A stretch of DNA of 63,617 nt, the filler included, from Choristocarpus tenellus KU-1152 (taxonomy: Eukaryota > Protista > Phaeophyceae): the NCBI GenBank assembly GCA_964200185.2. It is 10 parts of 10 records of this genome, joined end to end, with 100 filler letters (N's around TTAATTAATTAA, not from the genome) between each part and the next. Parts side by side here need not be neighbours in the genome. Positions count along the whole stretch, not along the records: positions 35,344 to 45,587 come from CAXNAD020003047.1; positions 45,688 to 48,269 come from CAXNAD020026565.1; positions 48,370 to 51,859 come from CAXNAD020019678.1; positions 51,960 to 60,164 come from CAXNAD020005002.1; 6 more parts are not named here. One strand, 5' to 3'. Below, piece after piece: positions 39,563-52,158 of the stretch. Under the pieces are notes generated by a model. It was not told the DNA's origin, did no database searches, and saw only the letters and a program-made list of their open reading frames with translations. Each line of letters starts with the position of its first letter. The stretch's first letter is position 1. Position numbers and translations under genes: made by a program.

Positions 39563-41363
39563 TGTGCGCTCTTGTCTTTTAGGAAGTACGACAATCGAGT
39601 GATGAATATTTGCTGCAGTGGCTATCCTTTCCTCTTCATAACCTGCGCATCGTTTTCGTTGACGTCCTTCCTGGCAATTCTATTTTAGCAGGTACAAGTC
39701 ATTCTACGGGAAGGCTCCTACGGCGAGGGGCCACAAGGACATCGAATCGGACGCGCACATGTCTGAGATGGTTATCTCGCGCACCAGGCAGATTGTGCCC
39801 AAGGAGAAGTGGACTCCAGAGCTCCAAAGGTTGGTAAATGGTGCAGTTGCAGCGGTTATCTTTTTTTGCCTTTTCTGTATCTCCCGTGCACCCATACGTC
39901 GCCATGCGCCCCTGAATTGTAAAATACGCCGTCAGCGTCTTTTTCTGCACCGCACTTATTGATCGTTGCAAAACCGCTCTGAATTCCGGACGTTACGTGA
40001 ATGATGCATGGGCTGCCAGGGAAATGGACAAGCTCGCATACGAGAAGTGCAGTATGCACGACCTCTGGGTCAAACCCCACTACGAAGAGAGGAAGAGGGA
40101 GGTGGCCCAACTTCTGCAGAAGGTTTCATCTGGCGACCAACAGGCGGGGCCCGTCCGCCAACTGAGGGCAAATATCTCCACGATAGTCGGAATGAAACCT
40201 CTGCAACGGGTCAGAGCGGTGAGTGTGTTTCCTGTGTTCGTAATTACAGCTGAAATGGCTTGTACCGAAAAAAATAGTTGATGCTTTGTAGGATTGGTCG
40301 TGGGTCTTCGTCATCGTCATGAGCGACAGAATTGCCTTCCATACTACAAACATTGCTGTTTTGTCAGTTCTAGTCTTTCATTGCTAATAGCGGGAATAGC
40401 CAATCGTTTCCTTCAACTATAGACAACAATCTTGGTCAACCTCCACCTCGTTTCTGCCTCCAACATGCGTCACTGAAAAAACCTACATACGGACTGGCGT
40501 CCTCAACATGGACTTGTTTCAATCTATTTCGCCCCGGAAGCCGCCTCCATTAAACACGTTCACCACGTCAACCGTATCGTTTGCTCTGTTCGCTCTTCCA
40601 TGCTATCGTACTTCCATTACACTATCACATTTTGACGTCACCATCATCCCCTCCTCTCCTCAACGACATCCTCCGCCGTGTCCACTACTAGATTCTCGAG
40701 AAGGACTCGACTCTACGCGCTTACCTCATCACCTGGAATGGAAAATACCAGGATGTACTCAACCAGGTCAACCTCCACCAGGTTCACAGCAGGTGGGGCT
40801 GTGATGGCGGCGGCGCAGAAGTTGAGAGCAACAACGGTTCAGCAACAGATGGCCGTGAGAAAAAAGACGAGGGAGGGTGCGAACATCAAGGAGGGGATGG
40901 AGACGAGGGAGGGGACGAACACAAAGGAGGGGACGAAGACGAGGGAGGGAACGGACTGCCAGACAGGGAGGATACGGGCAAAGGGGGTTCTGTCGGCAGT
41001 GTTCCTGGTGCAGAAGAAGAACAAAACGGCCATGGAGGGTGAAACGTGGGCGTTTGCTGTACTGAATGCAATCCTCCACATACGTCTTGGTGAGTAATGT
41101 AGTTGTAACGGTGCACACGAGGACAGAGTGTAATTAATAGCGTAAGATTGGTTTCCAGCCAATCTCCCGAACGGATAGATACGTTGTATCTTTTCATGGG
41201 TGCATACCACTGAATCGATGGTATGTTGTGGGGTCCCTCTATGTGCGGCGCAGCGGTCGCTACCCCCACGTCTCTTTATTTGCCACTGTCCGATTGTGTG
41301 TTATTGCATGTACATCACCGACTGTTGTATCTCACCTTTACTACTTCGTGCTGTTTTGCGCGG

Positions 41364-41620
41364 GAGTCAAAGTATCTTAGAGGGTAGAGCTGCGTCCATT
41401 TGGAGGCCAAAATCCAATGTTGCAATTTTGATGTAATTTTGGCTATCATGTTTGTTAGGAGATGTCAATATCCTTGTTCCGAACACATCTTTTCATAACG
41501 TACACATTTACGTATTCCGAAATATTTTGAAGTACGTAAAAAGCCATTAAAATCCCGTGGGAGGCCAAGCCCCGAATGGACAAAGAGGAAAAACTCGTAC
41601 CCTCTAAGATACTTTCACTC
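41364..41620 (+). mobile_element. MITE family A, full length
   Basis: Both TIRs present; TSD GCGG. Confidence 0.95.
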
Positions 41621-42562
41621 GCGGCCAATTTCGTGGTCCTTCGTAACCGTGGATCCCTGCATTGCGTTGTTGCGCCCAATTAATGATCTGGAAAAATACT
41701 ATCCTGTCTGTTTAACGCTCTGATTCGATGACATGCGCGACAGATATTCATGCCCAAAGTGCTCCATCACGCATATGGGCGAATGTGCCTACGCGGAGAT
41801 TATAGACGACGAGAGGCACAAGGATCGATAATGTATCAATTGCCCCATGGCACAGGAGGGCAGTATCGTGTCTGGATCGGTGGGGAACAAAGCGGCGGGT
41901 CGAGGCAGGGGCAGGGGCGGTGGCAAGGGCAAGGGTAAGGGTAAGGCTCATGCAAGGAACGCTGGCGGGTCACCCACGAGGTAAAGCCTTTTACGTCCCC
42001 CCTCACGCAGTGAAATGGCCGACATGGAGAAGTGCATGTGGGTCTCGGCGTGGTTGCACATTATATACGGACACACAAATGGTCTCTGCGTGTTTGTTTT
42101 CGCGTTGGTTTGCACATAGGTCTTGGCTGCTTGTACATCATGTGGATTGCTTGTCCTTTGTTTCTTGGATGTGTCGTTTTTTTGGAGGTTTCCATGGGCC
42201 ATGGAACTTAGTGTTTTGACGTCTACCCTCCTTCCACGAGATGTATCTGATGAGTCTGGCGTTGTAGAGGGTACGGCTTGACATTTTGGAGATGCCGTGG
42301 AAATATTGTCAGGACCTCACTTAATGAAAATATTGCCTGCACCATAGCTTACTACACTGTCCTTCTTGTCGTGCTGTCTGCCTACTGTGTCGTGTGTCAT
42401 GATGTCCAAGCAGGAGTGAGAACACTGCACTACACGACCTTCGCCCTCTCGACCCTACGGTACCCTTAGACGGCCTGAAAGAGTTCGCCTTCCGCAATGG
42501 GCCAAAGCTCGCCATAGTGTCCATTGCCGCCGAGCCAAGACTCCTCAATGACGAAGAGGCGA

Positions 42563-42820
42563 GAGTGAAAGTATCTTAGAGGGTACGAGTTTTGCCCTGT
42601 TTGTCCATTTAGGGCTTGGCTCCCCATGGGTTTTTTGATGAAATTTTCCTACTCCAAAGTGTTTCGAGTAGGTAAAATGTGTACGTTATGAAAAGGTGTG
42701 TCCGAAACAAGGACATTGACACTTCCTAACAAACACGATAGCAAATTTTTCATCAAAATTGCAAGAATGGATTTTGACCTCCAAATGGACGCCGTCCTAC
42801 CCTCGAAGATACTTCGGCTC
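42563..42820 (-). mobile_element. MITE family A, full length, inserted in an exon
   Basis: TSD GCGA; removing the element and one TSD restores ...NDEEA-TNTHLREEL. Confidence 0.95.
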
Positions 42821-43279
42821 GCGACCAACACACACTTGCGCGAGGAGCTTAAGTGCTTGCGGCTGAAGATGCATCCTCAGGGCACCATCGCGCTCATTGT
42901 GCCCCACCCGTGGATGGCGTAATTACACCGCCTAGGCGGTGAGTTGCAGAGTTCGCAAGTGCTGGAATACGGGGTATATTGCGGGAGACTGTTGCGATCC
43001 GCCATGACCGTTATCATTCCGTCCGTGTGCGGATCGAATATTGTGCGACCGTTCAGGAGATGCGGATTAGGTTGTGTGTATTCCTTTTTCACTTTCCCCA
43101 TGTTGTTTCGTGTCCTTCGTACCTTCTACTTCCTTTTGTATCTCTTGCTCTTTCCCCCGGGTCCTTCGTAGTTCTTTGTTTCATTGTCCACAAATCGCAT
43201 GCTGGTGTTACCTGTCTTCACTACATTATTTTTGCCATATTTGCTTCTAGTATTGTTTAATTTCCTATTGTTTGCAACT

Positions 43280-43539
43280 GAGCCAAAGTATCTTAGAGGG
43301 TAGGTCCGCGTCCATTTGGGTCCCAAAATCCAATGCTGCGATTTTGATGAAATTTTGGGTATCGTGTTTGTCAGGAAGTGTCAATATCCTTGTTCCCGAC
43401 ACACCTTTTTCATAACGTGTACATTTTACCTACTCGAAAACATTTTTTGGAGTAGGAAAACGTCATTAAAAACCTGTGGGCAGCCAAGCTCCAAATGGAC
43501 AAACAGGTCAAAACTTGTACCCTCTAAGTACTTTCACTC
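43280..43539 (+). mobile_element. MITE family A, full length
   Basis: Both TIRs; flanks AACT/TACT (imperfect 4-bp TSD). Confidence 0.92.
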
Positions 43540-44088
43540 TACTATCAGAGAGAGTCAAGGGAGTGTAGGACATGTCTCACCTTTGAGCCACAGCACTTGC
43601 CTCAGGAAGGTGCTGTCCCAATGACTGCCTGTACTGCAGCTTGCCAGCTGGAAGACTTCCTTCCCAATCCAGTCTGTGAACCTTGCGTTGAGTTGGATAG
43701 GACTAGACAGGAAACGCGTGCCAGAGTAGAAGGGAGTGCAGCTGTTGATGATGTGATGTCTCTCATTGCTAGTGTAGAGAGGAAACATGTTGCTTATGCC
43801 CTGGCTCTAGAGCCCACGTCCGAGTCTGTGTTGATGTGCACCCCCCTGTTAAAACATAGGCTATTCATTTGATATTTCTTGATACGGAACAATGCCACCA
43901 GTCCATACTGACTGTTGATTGGTTTGCTGTACTGGTCGTTACTTGCACTTGCACCATTATCTCATCACCACAACACCACCAACTATCTTCAGAACATCCC
44001 AGTACATACGAAGCATCAGAACAGTCACTACACATCACACACACAGGCATAATATGTGTCGCTTGAGTTTCGTCAGACATTGATTCAA

Positions 44089-44251
44089 GACCCAAAGTAT
44101 CTGGGGTGGGGGGGGGTCTACACCAGGGTGTCCATTTGGTCAAAAATCAGGAAAAGTGGATTTACGTTATCCATCTGACGTATGCAACCAAATCACCCCA
44201 AAATTGACCCCGAATGGACAGCCGCCACCTCCACCCCAGATACGTTGAGCC
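44089..44251 (+). mobile_element. MITE family B, full length (163 bp)
   Basis: GACCCAAAGTATCTGGGG ... CCCCAGATACGTTGAGCC; TSD TCAA. Confidence 0.93.
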
Positions 44252-44675
44252 TCAAGTTCGTTGTGTTTTTTCGTTGTTTTTTGTTTTCCCTTCCTTCTTC
44301 TTCTTAACAGCAGAAGACTCCAGTTGTATGTCAACTGTTGATTAATATTTTTCTTGTTTGGTATTGCCCCCTCATAATACACTAAGGTCACTCTGCGTTA
44401 AGTGTACCTGATACAACACCTGGATGCCATATATTCAGAGTTTAAACAACCACAGAAACCGTTATCCGCCAAGGTAACAAGCCTCCTCTTAGAGCATGCA
44501 TTTCTTCCTTTGAGTGTACCAAGGAAGAACATCGAATAACATGATCCATCTTCTGACTGAGCAAGCCATGACTTCAGTTTCAACAGAACAAATTCACCGG
44601 TGCTTTGCGGCACTTTGTCACTCCTTTGCATCACCAACTACGCACTACACTCGAAAGGACGCGTCATTCGATTCA

Positions 44676-44929
44676 GAGTGAAAGTATCTCAGAGGGTACG
44701 AATGTTGCCCTGTTTGTTCACTTGGGGCTTAGATCCCATGTTTTTTTTATGATATTTTCCTACTCCAAAATATTTAGGAGTAGGTAAAGTGTGTATGTTA
44801 TAAAAAAGTGTGTAAACATAGATAATGACACTTCCTAACAAACACGATAACCAAAATTACATGAAAATCACAACATTGGATTTTGACTCCCAAATCGACG
44901 CGGCTCTAACCTCTAAGATACTTTGACTC
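44676..44929 (-). mobile_element. MITE family A, full length
   Basis: Both TIRs; 3-bp TSD TCA. Confidence 0.92.
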
Positions 44930-45389
44930 TCAGGTTTCAACAGGTGGAACTACGAATACATGTTATTATATAGTTGGTACAATAAGCACCACCTCAAACA
45001 ACATCAGAGCAGTCTTGAAGTTCTCCGAGGGTGTGGAGATTAGAAGTTAAGACAACCTATGCCCAACTCTTAAACTGATTGTTATGGTACTACATACAGA
45101 GTGCTCATCAGTACAAAACTGAACGGCTAGCCTAAGACCCACCTCCTCCCAACCTTGTCTATCCACCATGATATAGTACTACAGTACTTGCCAAAATGAA
45201 CGTGGTGACCAAGTGATCCCCCTTCATGTCCTCACACCCTCCTTCTTGAAGCACACATATCTGGTCCACTCACAACCACAGTCACTATAATTGCCGAAGC
45301 TCCTTACACTTAAGATACATAGAAGTACTACAGGCATACAGTTGATCTCCCGCATTCCACATCCAATGCTACATGACCATCATGCCTCT

Positions 45390-45587
45390 GACTCAAAGTA
45401 TCTTGGGGGGGGTGGCAGCTGTCCATTCGGGGTCAATTTTTTTCATGTCACAATTTTTGGGTGATTTGGTCGCATACGTCGGATGGATAATGTAAGTGAA
45501 CTTTTTCTGGTTTTTCCCCAAAATGAGCCAAAGTATCTTAGAAGGTAGAGCCGCGTCCATTTGGGGGTCAAAATACAATGTTGTGAT
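45390..45587. mobile_element. MITE B (45390-45524, reverse) interrupted by MITE A (45525 to contig end)
   Basis: B sequence stops at CCCAAAAT and is directly followed by GAGCCAAAGTATCTTAGAAGGTAG. Confidence 0.88.
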
Positions 45588-45720
45588 NNNNNNNNNNNNN
45601 NNNNNNNNNNNNNNNNNNNNNNNNNNNNNNNTTAATTAATTAANNNNNNNNNNNNNNNNNNNNNNNNNNNNNNNNNNNNNNNNNNNNACCCCCCCAAAAA
45701 TACTTTGGATCTCAAGGAGA

Positions 45721-45984
45721 AAGTCAAAGCAGTTAAAAGGGTAGGGATGTATCCGTTTGGGCTCCAAAATCCAATGTTCTGATTCTGATGAAATTTTGAC
45801 TATCATATTTGTTAGCAAGTGTCAATATCCTTGCTCTGGACACACCTTTCATAGTTGTATACATTTTACGTAACTGTTTTCACACACAAAAAAACGAAAA
45901 TAGGTTATATGAAACCCATGTGGGAAGCCAAGCCCCGAACGGACAAACAGGGCAAACCCCCTACCCTCTTAAATGCTTTGGGTC
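45721..45984 (+). mobile_element. MITE family A variant; MITE B tail at 45688-45711
   Basis: AAGTCAAAGCAGTTAAAAGGGTAGGG / CCCTACCCTCTTAAATGCTTTGGGTC; 3-bp flanking repeat AGA. Confidence 0.85.
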
Positions 45985-47389
45985 AGAAGATAAAGTGCTG
46001 GAGTGTAAGTTCAATTATTCTGCTGCAATATTACATGTTAACACTTACCTATGGGAAGGGTCCGAACCAAACACCTATTGTCAGCAACACAAAATAAAAA
46101 CAGTCAATGAATTCTTGTCAGCAGTACCATCTTGAAGAGAGACAAAAATTCCCCCAAACACAAAACAAGAAACAATCCCAACTCAATCATCATCACCACA
46201 TCTCCACAAGAGGCGCACTCTAGGTTATTGTAGCGGACTGCCTTTGTAAGTCCAACCTGCTGTTTAGCTGATGTACAGAGCAGTACCCCATCTTCCTTCT
46301 CCCTTCACGACCAAAGCAATGAGACTGGGAACATTATGAGCCATGATATCAGCACCTCTTCATGTCCACCATGTCATCCAGCAAATGTGCATATCAATAC
46401 ATGGCCTACCTGTCCACCCCCTACCCCAACTTCGATTTGCAGGAACATTCTGGGTGATGGCATTGGGCGTTTTTCAGATTCACTATGTCATCAAATTTGT
46501 GTGCATCGCTATGCTGCAGGTGCCTCACACGCCTACGAATAACAACAATAACCTGCCAAGGAAAATCCATCATCAGGGAAGTCTCCCTAACCGTAAAATA
46601 TTACTTGCACTAAGGCAAACACTTAAAAAGGAACACGACCTGTGGCCAACCAGGTTAAAGGAAACCCCCCACCAAAACCCCCTCCCCCCCCAAAAAAAAA
46701 ACTCGTAAAAAAAGCAACCAGTTCAGATTGCAGGACAGCACGCTTCCCCGAAGATCTTCCAACCAAGCTCCTCCTTGTGGTCTCCCCCTCCCTGTCAATG
46801 CACACATTTTTAATTTCCCCAAGAGACAAACCAAGAGCGCCTAGAGAGGTATCATCCTCGAGGTAAGGAGTGAAAAAATCAAGTCCCCCTATCTACGCAA
46901 CTAACGACATATCTTCCCAGTCCAAAAACGTTTCAAAATCTGCAATATTTTGGTGAATGAATTTTAGGTACCTACTGATCTGCGAGTGTTTATTTGTATG
47001 TGTGTGTGTGTGTGTGTCTGATGACAGTTTCAACCATCCACACGCCATTCGGGAGTGCAAATCAATCTCACGTAACACTTTGCAAAATATGACGTATCGA
47101 GGTATGTTATACCTTTATTGCATCCCTGGCCTTGCCGTTTGGAAGGTTCTTCTCCTCCCTCCCCCTCGCCCTCTCAAACTCAAGAGCGGCATCACGCTCC
47201 CTTGTCATCTCCTCTGCTGAGGCCCTCAGCCTACGCTCCTCTAGTACAGCGGACGGTTCCTGCTCTAGCATACATTGGACACTTTGAAGCTTATTTGCCA
47301 GACTACGATGTATGACTGTAATACCATAAGAGGAGGTTTAGGGATATCACAAAAAATACTTGGGAGGGGGAGGTCGATAGATTATGTGA

Positions 47390-47637
<248 letters not shown>

Positions 47638-48743
47638 AGGATAACACCAGTAGCAGAAAGTAGTAGTGCGGTCAATTGTGTTCAGTCACTAGAGAGTCGT
47701 GAGATGAGGAGTTTCCAAGGGCTGCATTATGCTGAGGTACAGGGGCAGTGGTTGGCACGACAGTGGAGTTATTATTCTCACACACCAAAATAGACCTCTC
47801 TAACAGAGCAGTAGGTAGCTGATCGCACTTCAAACAATTCTTATATAGCGGTGCCAAAAATAACAAAATAGTAATAATAATACTAAAGTTAAGAATGGAA
47901 AATAGTACAGAAAATACATTGTATTTCAATTTTCATAAATATAATATGAAGAGAGGTGATGTTTTCAAGTTCGTTCTGTTTGATCCTCCCAACTACAGTA
48001 GGTGCCCCTTTTATGGGCCAAATATTATGAACCAAATCGAAAAATCTACAATTTTGTACCGCTTTTTTCGACATGCTAAAAAAAATAGGCTTTTGCACCA
48101 GAATTCTCGTATTCGGGCGATTTGGCACAAACTCCCAGAGATATTCACGCGAGTTTGGAGCGCGCGTAAATATTTCTCGCGAAAAGTGCCCTTCTTCCTG
48201 AGTAATGCTACCATACAGCCATGCCTTGTGCCGCGGGAAACCTCTGCAAGATGCCTTCAAACACACCGGNNNNNNNNNNNNNNNNNNNNNNNNNNNNNNN
48301 NNNNNNNNNNNNNTTAATTAATTAANNNNNNNNNNNNNNNNNNNNNNNNNNNNNNNNNNNNNNNNNNNNTAGGGTCTGTAGTGCCACAGATCATGCACAA
48401 GGGGGAAAGATCAAACTAGAAATTTCCAGAGACCACCACAGAACTGCACAAGTGCTCTGAATTGGACACATTTCACATCATTTAAAAACAGAAATGGTGC
48501 AACATGACCCTACTAGAAAAAGAGAGAGGGTGTCAGAATGCATCGAATATATTCAAAACCCCAGACAGCAACCATCACATTTGGTGTATATGCCATTCCA
48601 CACACATGTGTCACACGGTGTTTGTACAAAATCTTGCACAACAGACCATATAGATTGCAGAGAAGGACCACCCAAACACTCGAAGAGTGAATAATGTCCA
48701 TGGAAATGACTACTACTGTGAAAGATCAACAAAGCAGTCGCAC

Positions 48744-51139
48744 CTGCTTCTCACTGAGGGCGAGGTTGCCGAACAACTCTTGCAGTTCTCCCACCAGACT
48801 GCTCTCCACGTACGACGACAGTGTGGTGCACGAAAAAGTGATGTTGGTTGGGGGAATGCGTGTGTCTGGTATTGATGTATGCTTCCAGGGGGTGCGAGAG
48901 CAACAAAACCACGTCAGATGACAATTTGATCTTTTACACTATCCCAATCCCCATTCAACAACCAACAATAATCATCTTCAACAAGAAGAGATCATTAGGT
49001 TATAGTGGTCACACGTGCTTACACCCAAGCATATTATTTCAGTAGTGAGGCATAAGCAATGACCACTTCCTTTCCACGTCCACCTCTCTCTACCACATAA
49101 GAGCTTACATACTTTAGGAGCTTCTACAGCTAGGTTACAAGCAACCCAACAATGACATTCAAAGCAGACAGAGTGATACATTACGGTTGACCTTTAATGT
49201 TGTCACCAACTTATTACTCTGGTTGGTACAACAGGGCCAACAAGGGGACGAAGAGAGACGCCAAAAGCCTAATCAAAAACACATAATAAACCTTTCAAAA
49301 CATACACACACAGGAACATCCTGAAAGAATAAGGATCTTTTCTGTCAAGACCCAATGAGTGGGCGGGAAATTACAGGTCATCACTGACAGATCACACAAA
49401 AACCACCAGGGAACAAGTGTGATGAAATGAAAGAAAGCGCACCTAGGAATGACTCATCTCTAGTTGCCCTTAGCACAGATAGGCTTGTGCTTAGCAAATC
49501 AGTCGCAACCCCAATCCCAACTCAAATCCTAAGTCTAACCAGTATCAAGATTGTTCAAATCTCAGTAAGGACCATAAACATACCCCCCCAGCAGGTACAA
49601 GCACTAATCTCACCCTTTTGGTCCTTCAGTGGGATGCTTCACATCAAGGCCAAGGATGCCGTCTCTGATGTCTTGCTTCATAAAGAGCTGCTGCAGGCAA
49701 GAGTTGATGTAGCATGTGTTGCCCAGGTTGCGCAAACCCACCCTACCCATGGAGCTCTTCTCCCCAGAGCTAGGACTAACAACATAACAATGTAAGGAGG
49801 GTAGGGTACACAGAGGCATACATACATACAGAAGGGTAAATGTTACGGAATTTGTTCGTGGTGGAAGAGCAACAGATCCCAAATATTATGTAACACATAT
49901 TTACAGTTTCAAATACAACAAAGTAGAAGCACACAACAAAACAAATTTTGTACTATGCTGTGTGTTTTGTGTTGTAGCAGAATGGTTTGAGTCGGGATAC
50001 ACACACATTTTTCTTTGCTCACATATGCGAGTCTATGACACCCTTCCACACTTACATGCACCTTCCAAGTAACAAAGGGGTAATCTCTCACATATTTATG
50101 CAACTCTCTCATACAAAGTAATCCTCACCAATAACGCAGCTTCCATAAACCACCTTCCATTATCGTAAACTATGCCATAGTTCTACCTTGTATCTCAAAC
50201 AAATAAAACCGATCCATGATCCACGTAACACACACCCATAACAACAGGATAGGGATACCTCTTGAAGAAACAAAATAAAATAAAATAAAAAGAGAAATCA
50301 TGGTGGACATAACCCCCCCCCTCCCCCCCTAACATCATTTCCGCAACACTCCTCCAACCCATTTCATCCTATCAGTCATACCTATAGCCCCATGTATCAA
50401 GCTTAGTCATACGTGACTGAAGAGGTTCCAAGTCTTTCAACAAGAGTAGCTCAAGGTTTACGGCAGGATCGGGACTATCCTCGATGTCAGTCCCCCAGAC
50501 ACATCCTCCATATACTACCGTGCCACCATGTGTTAGAGGGTGAATTGAGGGGGGATTGGGTTTGCACAGCGCAGCCAACAGGCGGTAGGCCATTGCACGG
50601 GAGGTGTTTGTCTTGCATTTTGGTGGAGCAGGGGCCAGTGCCTCTGTCAGGGTGCTGTAATGCAAAGAAAGTTAGCAGGGGGTGGGTGGGTGGGGATGGA
50701 TTGGATACCACAGAGTGCAGATGCATGAACATGGGTGCAGCCCAGGTAAATGCTCCTTAGTGTTGATAGTCGGAGGCAAAAATAATACGGCAAGGTAGAG
50801 ATGGAGTGAAGGTGAGGATGAGAGCTCCATGGTTTGTACAGTGGAAAAAACTTAGACATCTTCACCACAATCCATGATATGTCTCAATGGATATATTAAT
50901 CTGAATAACCCCACATGGGCACAGGAACTATTCCCTCCCCCCAACCCTTGTCAGCCTATCCAGCCAGTCCACAACAAATGCTGGGGGTATTCCTATCCGC
51001 TGTAAACATTGTACCTGGCAGGTGTTGGCTGGTGGAACAAAAATTCATTGAAGAGTGTGGAAATCAGCAGCGATCCCAGAGTTTGTTTACACTCAGGGCA
51101 GGCAGCCACCACTGTCACACCCAGTTTCAGCAGACCCAC
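48744..51139 (-). CDS. USP9/24/34-type ubiquitin-specific protease, internal exons 51139-51015, 50654-50382, 49775-49614 and about 48865-48744
   Basis: In-frame joins give LFNEFLF...PKCKTNTSRAMAYRLL...WGYSPSSGEKSSMGRVGLRNLGNTCYINSCLQQLFM (Cys box). The downstream exon reads ELQELFGNLALSEKQ; its junction phase is unresolved. Confidence 0.85.
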
Positions 51140-51959
51140 CTAATCATCATTAGCAAAACCGCAGTGAAGTGGTGTATGGGGAGGGGCACGTTGGAGGGTG
51201 GAGGATTAGGTACTGTCCCCTCGAGGCCTGTGCCATTGTCATGTCAATTAGTGAATCGCAGCAAGATGCATCCACCTCAGATGCATGGATTGCCATACCC
51301 GCATATTTTTCATTTCCTAGTCCACAAACATACAATGACATCTAGTCTGCTAGTCTGCAATGGGAACATCAGTCCCATTATCCGCTGACAACTGCCATAA
51401 GGGGAATACCATGTAGAGAAACTTCACTTCCAACATCATGCACACACTATACAACTCTCACAATCAAGGCTGTTACCAACACTGGCACAGCTAGTACATT
51501 TCCACCATCGAAGGTATTACTTGGTTGATCTCCCCCCTAAAATTTCCCTTCCTTTCCACCCTTGAGAATTCGCGCCGTGTTTAGTCCCTCTGACCATGGT
51601 TTGGGTCTAGGTAGGGTAGCGATAGGCTCCTAGTACCAGCCTGAAGTGCTGATAATTTGAAAATAAATAAATAAATACCCTTACCTGATTTCAACAATAC
51701 AAGTAAACTCCCTTTCCTCGTTTAAATGTGCCACCCGGAAGAAATTTCATGACTGCAAGGTCAGTCACCAAAGAAGCAAAGTCAAGATATTTCACGTAAT
51801 TCCATCCATTTCAATAACACCCATCACACAGACTATGCAGATAATCCTCCTCCCCCCCCNNNNNNNNNNNNNNNNNNNNNNNNNNNNNNNNNNNNNNNNN
51901 NNNTTAATTAATTAANNNNNNNNNNNNNNNNNNNNNNNNNNNNNNNNNNNNNNNNNNNN

Positions 51960-52075
51960 TTTTACCTATTCCTAAACATTTTGGAGTAGGAAAATGTCAT
52001 AAACGAACCCATGGGAAGCCAAGCCCCAAATGGACAAAAAGGGAAAAACTCATACCCCCTAAGATACTTTCATTC
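51960..52075 (+). mobile_element. MITE family A, 3' half at contig start
   Basis: Ends TACCCCCTAAGATACTTTCATTC. Confidence 0.85.
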
Positions 52076-52158
52076 AGTACAGTATCAAAAGCACCACTGT
52101 GGATCAAATGTGGCTGCACCACCATGCACCTCCCATTGCATGCACTGAGTAAAGCAAC

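Larger units (their letters stand above)
37381..42918 (+). pseudogene. Intron-containing ParB/Srx-domain + HTH gene with C-terminal Zn-finger and possible degenerate methyltransferase-like segment; 3' part disrupted
   Basis: Exon 37381-37819: MVRPLSERGLARVRESIQEKGWLDQ...GRVLDGNHRITVL (ParB DGxHR motif). In-frame exons 38396-38538 (AFNDATESVVERTLYDK) and 38891-39052 (HTH-like AKTTLRNW). Further exons 39692-39829, 39936-40218, 40692-41089, 41744-41980, 42469-42918. In-frame stops at 41040 and 41829, a MITE in the last exon, and the exon 3-4 junction is unresolved. Confidence 0.7.

Noticed and set aside
42649-42831. Recurrent small ORFs such as SILEGRAASIW... and PPPPRYF... across the window
   Set aside because: Translations of MITE A/B sequence, not a gene family.
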